A stretch of DNA of 62,256 nt, filler included, from Sphacelaria rigidula (taxonomy: Eukaryota): assembly GCA_964200075.2 (NCBI GenBank). It is 10 parts of 10 records of this genome, joined end to end, with 100 filler letters (N's around TTAATTAATTAA, not from the genome) between each part and the next. Parts side by side here need not be neighbours in the genome. Positions count along the whole stretch, not along the records: positions 56,122 to 62,256 come from CAXNAA020022007.1; 9 more parts are not named here. One strand, given 5' to 3'. This document shows positions 61,031-62,256 of the stretch, piece by piece (the first letter of the stretch is position 1; each line of letters begins with the position of its first letter). The position numbers were made by a program, and so were the translations under genes. The notes below the pieces were generated by a model. It was given only the letters and a program-made list of their open reading frames with translations. It had not been told where the DNA came from and made no database searches.

Positions 61031-61890
61031 CACTAGTGGGCGGCCTAACTATTCAGGGGTGTTAAGGGGATTTTCTCGCGTACTGCCTGTACTCTTCGAT
61101 AAAACTCGAAATTGTTAGCGTCGGTAGATTTTGGTACAATCAACAGATCATCCTCGAAGCACAGTGCCCACGTCAGTGTTAGTTGGTGTTATCGGGCAAA
61201 ACGAGTAAATTCCCCGTTTATCAGCAGGGTGCTATTGACCGTGAAACACAGTTTTTCGGCTCCATCTAGTGCCATGAGGCCGGATGTTATGGCAAACAGA
61301 TTTTTGGCCCACAGATTGTTCATTTTTGGGACGTTTGACCACGTTTTGACCCCCAAACAGGAAAACCCGCCAACGCACGTCTCGGACACTTTACATCACC
61401 CCACAGAGAGGAGCCTAGTCTGCTTTTCAGATTCGCTTGACTCCGAGGTTTCGAGATTGACCGCTGAACAAAAATTCGTGCGTAAAAATCGTCCTTGCTG
61501 ACCCCCGCCAGTTTCCTCTCTGTGGGGTGATGCAAAGTGTCCGTGACGTGCGTTGGCGGTTTTCCCTGTTTGGGGGTCAAAAGGTGGGTCAAACATCCCA
61601 AAAGTGAACAATTCGTGAGCCAAAAATCTGTTTGTCATAACTAACATCTGGCAAACTGGCGGGGGCCGGCAAACACAGATTTTTGGGCACGCATTTTCGT
61701 TCAGCGGCCAATCTCGAAACCTCGGAGCCAAGCGAATCTAAAAAGCAGATTAGGCTCCTCTCTGTGGGGTGATGCAAAGTGTCCGAGACGTTTGTCGGCA
61801 GTTTTCTTGGCTTGGGGGTCAAAAGGTGGGTTAAACGTCCCAGAGGTAAACAATCCGTGGGCCAAAAATCTGTTTGCCACCAACATCCGG
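61031..61890 (+). mobile_element. Tc1/mariner-like element left end (family of 45803) followed by three copies of a module of about 190 bp, one forward and two inverted
   Basis: TA|CACTAGTGGGCGGCCTAACTATTCA at 61029. The module GGCAAACAGATTTTTGGCCCAC...CATCACCCCACAGAGAGGA...CCGAGGTTTCGAGATTG lies at about 61290-61480 (+), 61510-61640 (-) and 61690-61885 (-), with another copy at about 37110-37295. Confidence 0.7.
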
Positions 61891-62256
61891 CCTGACCAAC
61901 TCTAATCGCAGCCTTTCAGCCTTTCAAAATTCCAGTCGAAAACTGGCTTTTGGGCCCTTCTCCGTCGATTTACGCTCGAAAAAAGGGCTAGGCGGATGGT
62001 GACGCCTTGGAATGACTTGCTCTACTCGTTTAGACCGTTCTAGGGCAACTATTCTGCATTTCCCGCTGGCCACACTCTTGTTTTTGACCAAATGAGGCCA
62101 AACACGAATTTTCAGTGAAAGACGGTCAGGTGATCAAAATTCCCCCGTTTTTTTATCGCTTGACCGTTTTTTGTTGTGAAAATCCGTGTTCGGCCAAAAA
62201 TGAAAGTGCGGCCAGCGGGGAATGCAAAGTTGCACTGGAATGGCCTCATTTTTTTT

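Overview
This is eukaryotic, intron-rich and repeat-rich DNA, most likely from a brown alga (Phaeophyceae). That assignment is inferred from the gene set, splice structure and LINE-tail family. The window is not one locus: it is ten unrelated contigs of about 6.135 kb, sorted by length and joined by artificial 100-nt linkers (N44-TTAATTAATTAA-N44). Contigs are 1-6137, 6238-12373, 12474-18609, 18710-24845, 24946-31081, 31182-37316, 37417-43551, 43652-49786, 49887-56021 and 56122-62256. Most ORFs in the track are spurious. Spliced gene fragments that can be reconstructed: cyanase (4 exons, with a mitochondrial-type presequence and a GC-AG intron), a PAP/fibrillin (3 exons to the stop), a membrane-anchored sulfotransferase exon, a PKD-domain protein (probably the tyrosinase-associated family), a coiled-coil protein, a polyQ/Gly-rich protein and an acidic low-complexity protein. 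The rest is LINE fragments, tRNA-derived SINE-like elements and many non-autonomous TIR/foldback elements. The best lead is contig 3. It holds an intronless, heavily decayed RNA polymerase second-largest subunit (RPB2-like) gene converging on a frameshifted giant-virus-type zinc deaminase. This is a candidate endogenous fragment of an RNA-polymerase-encoding large DNA virus, unlike the classical RNAP-less phaeoviruses. All homology calls were made by eye from remembered motifs and need HMM/BLAST confirmation.
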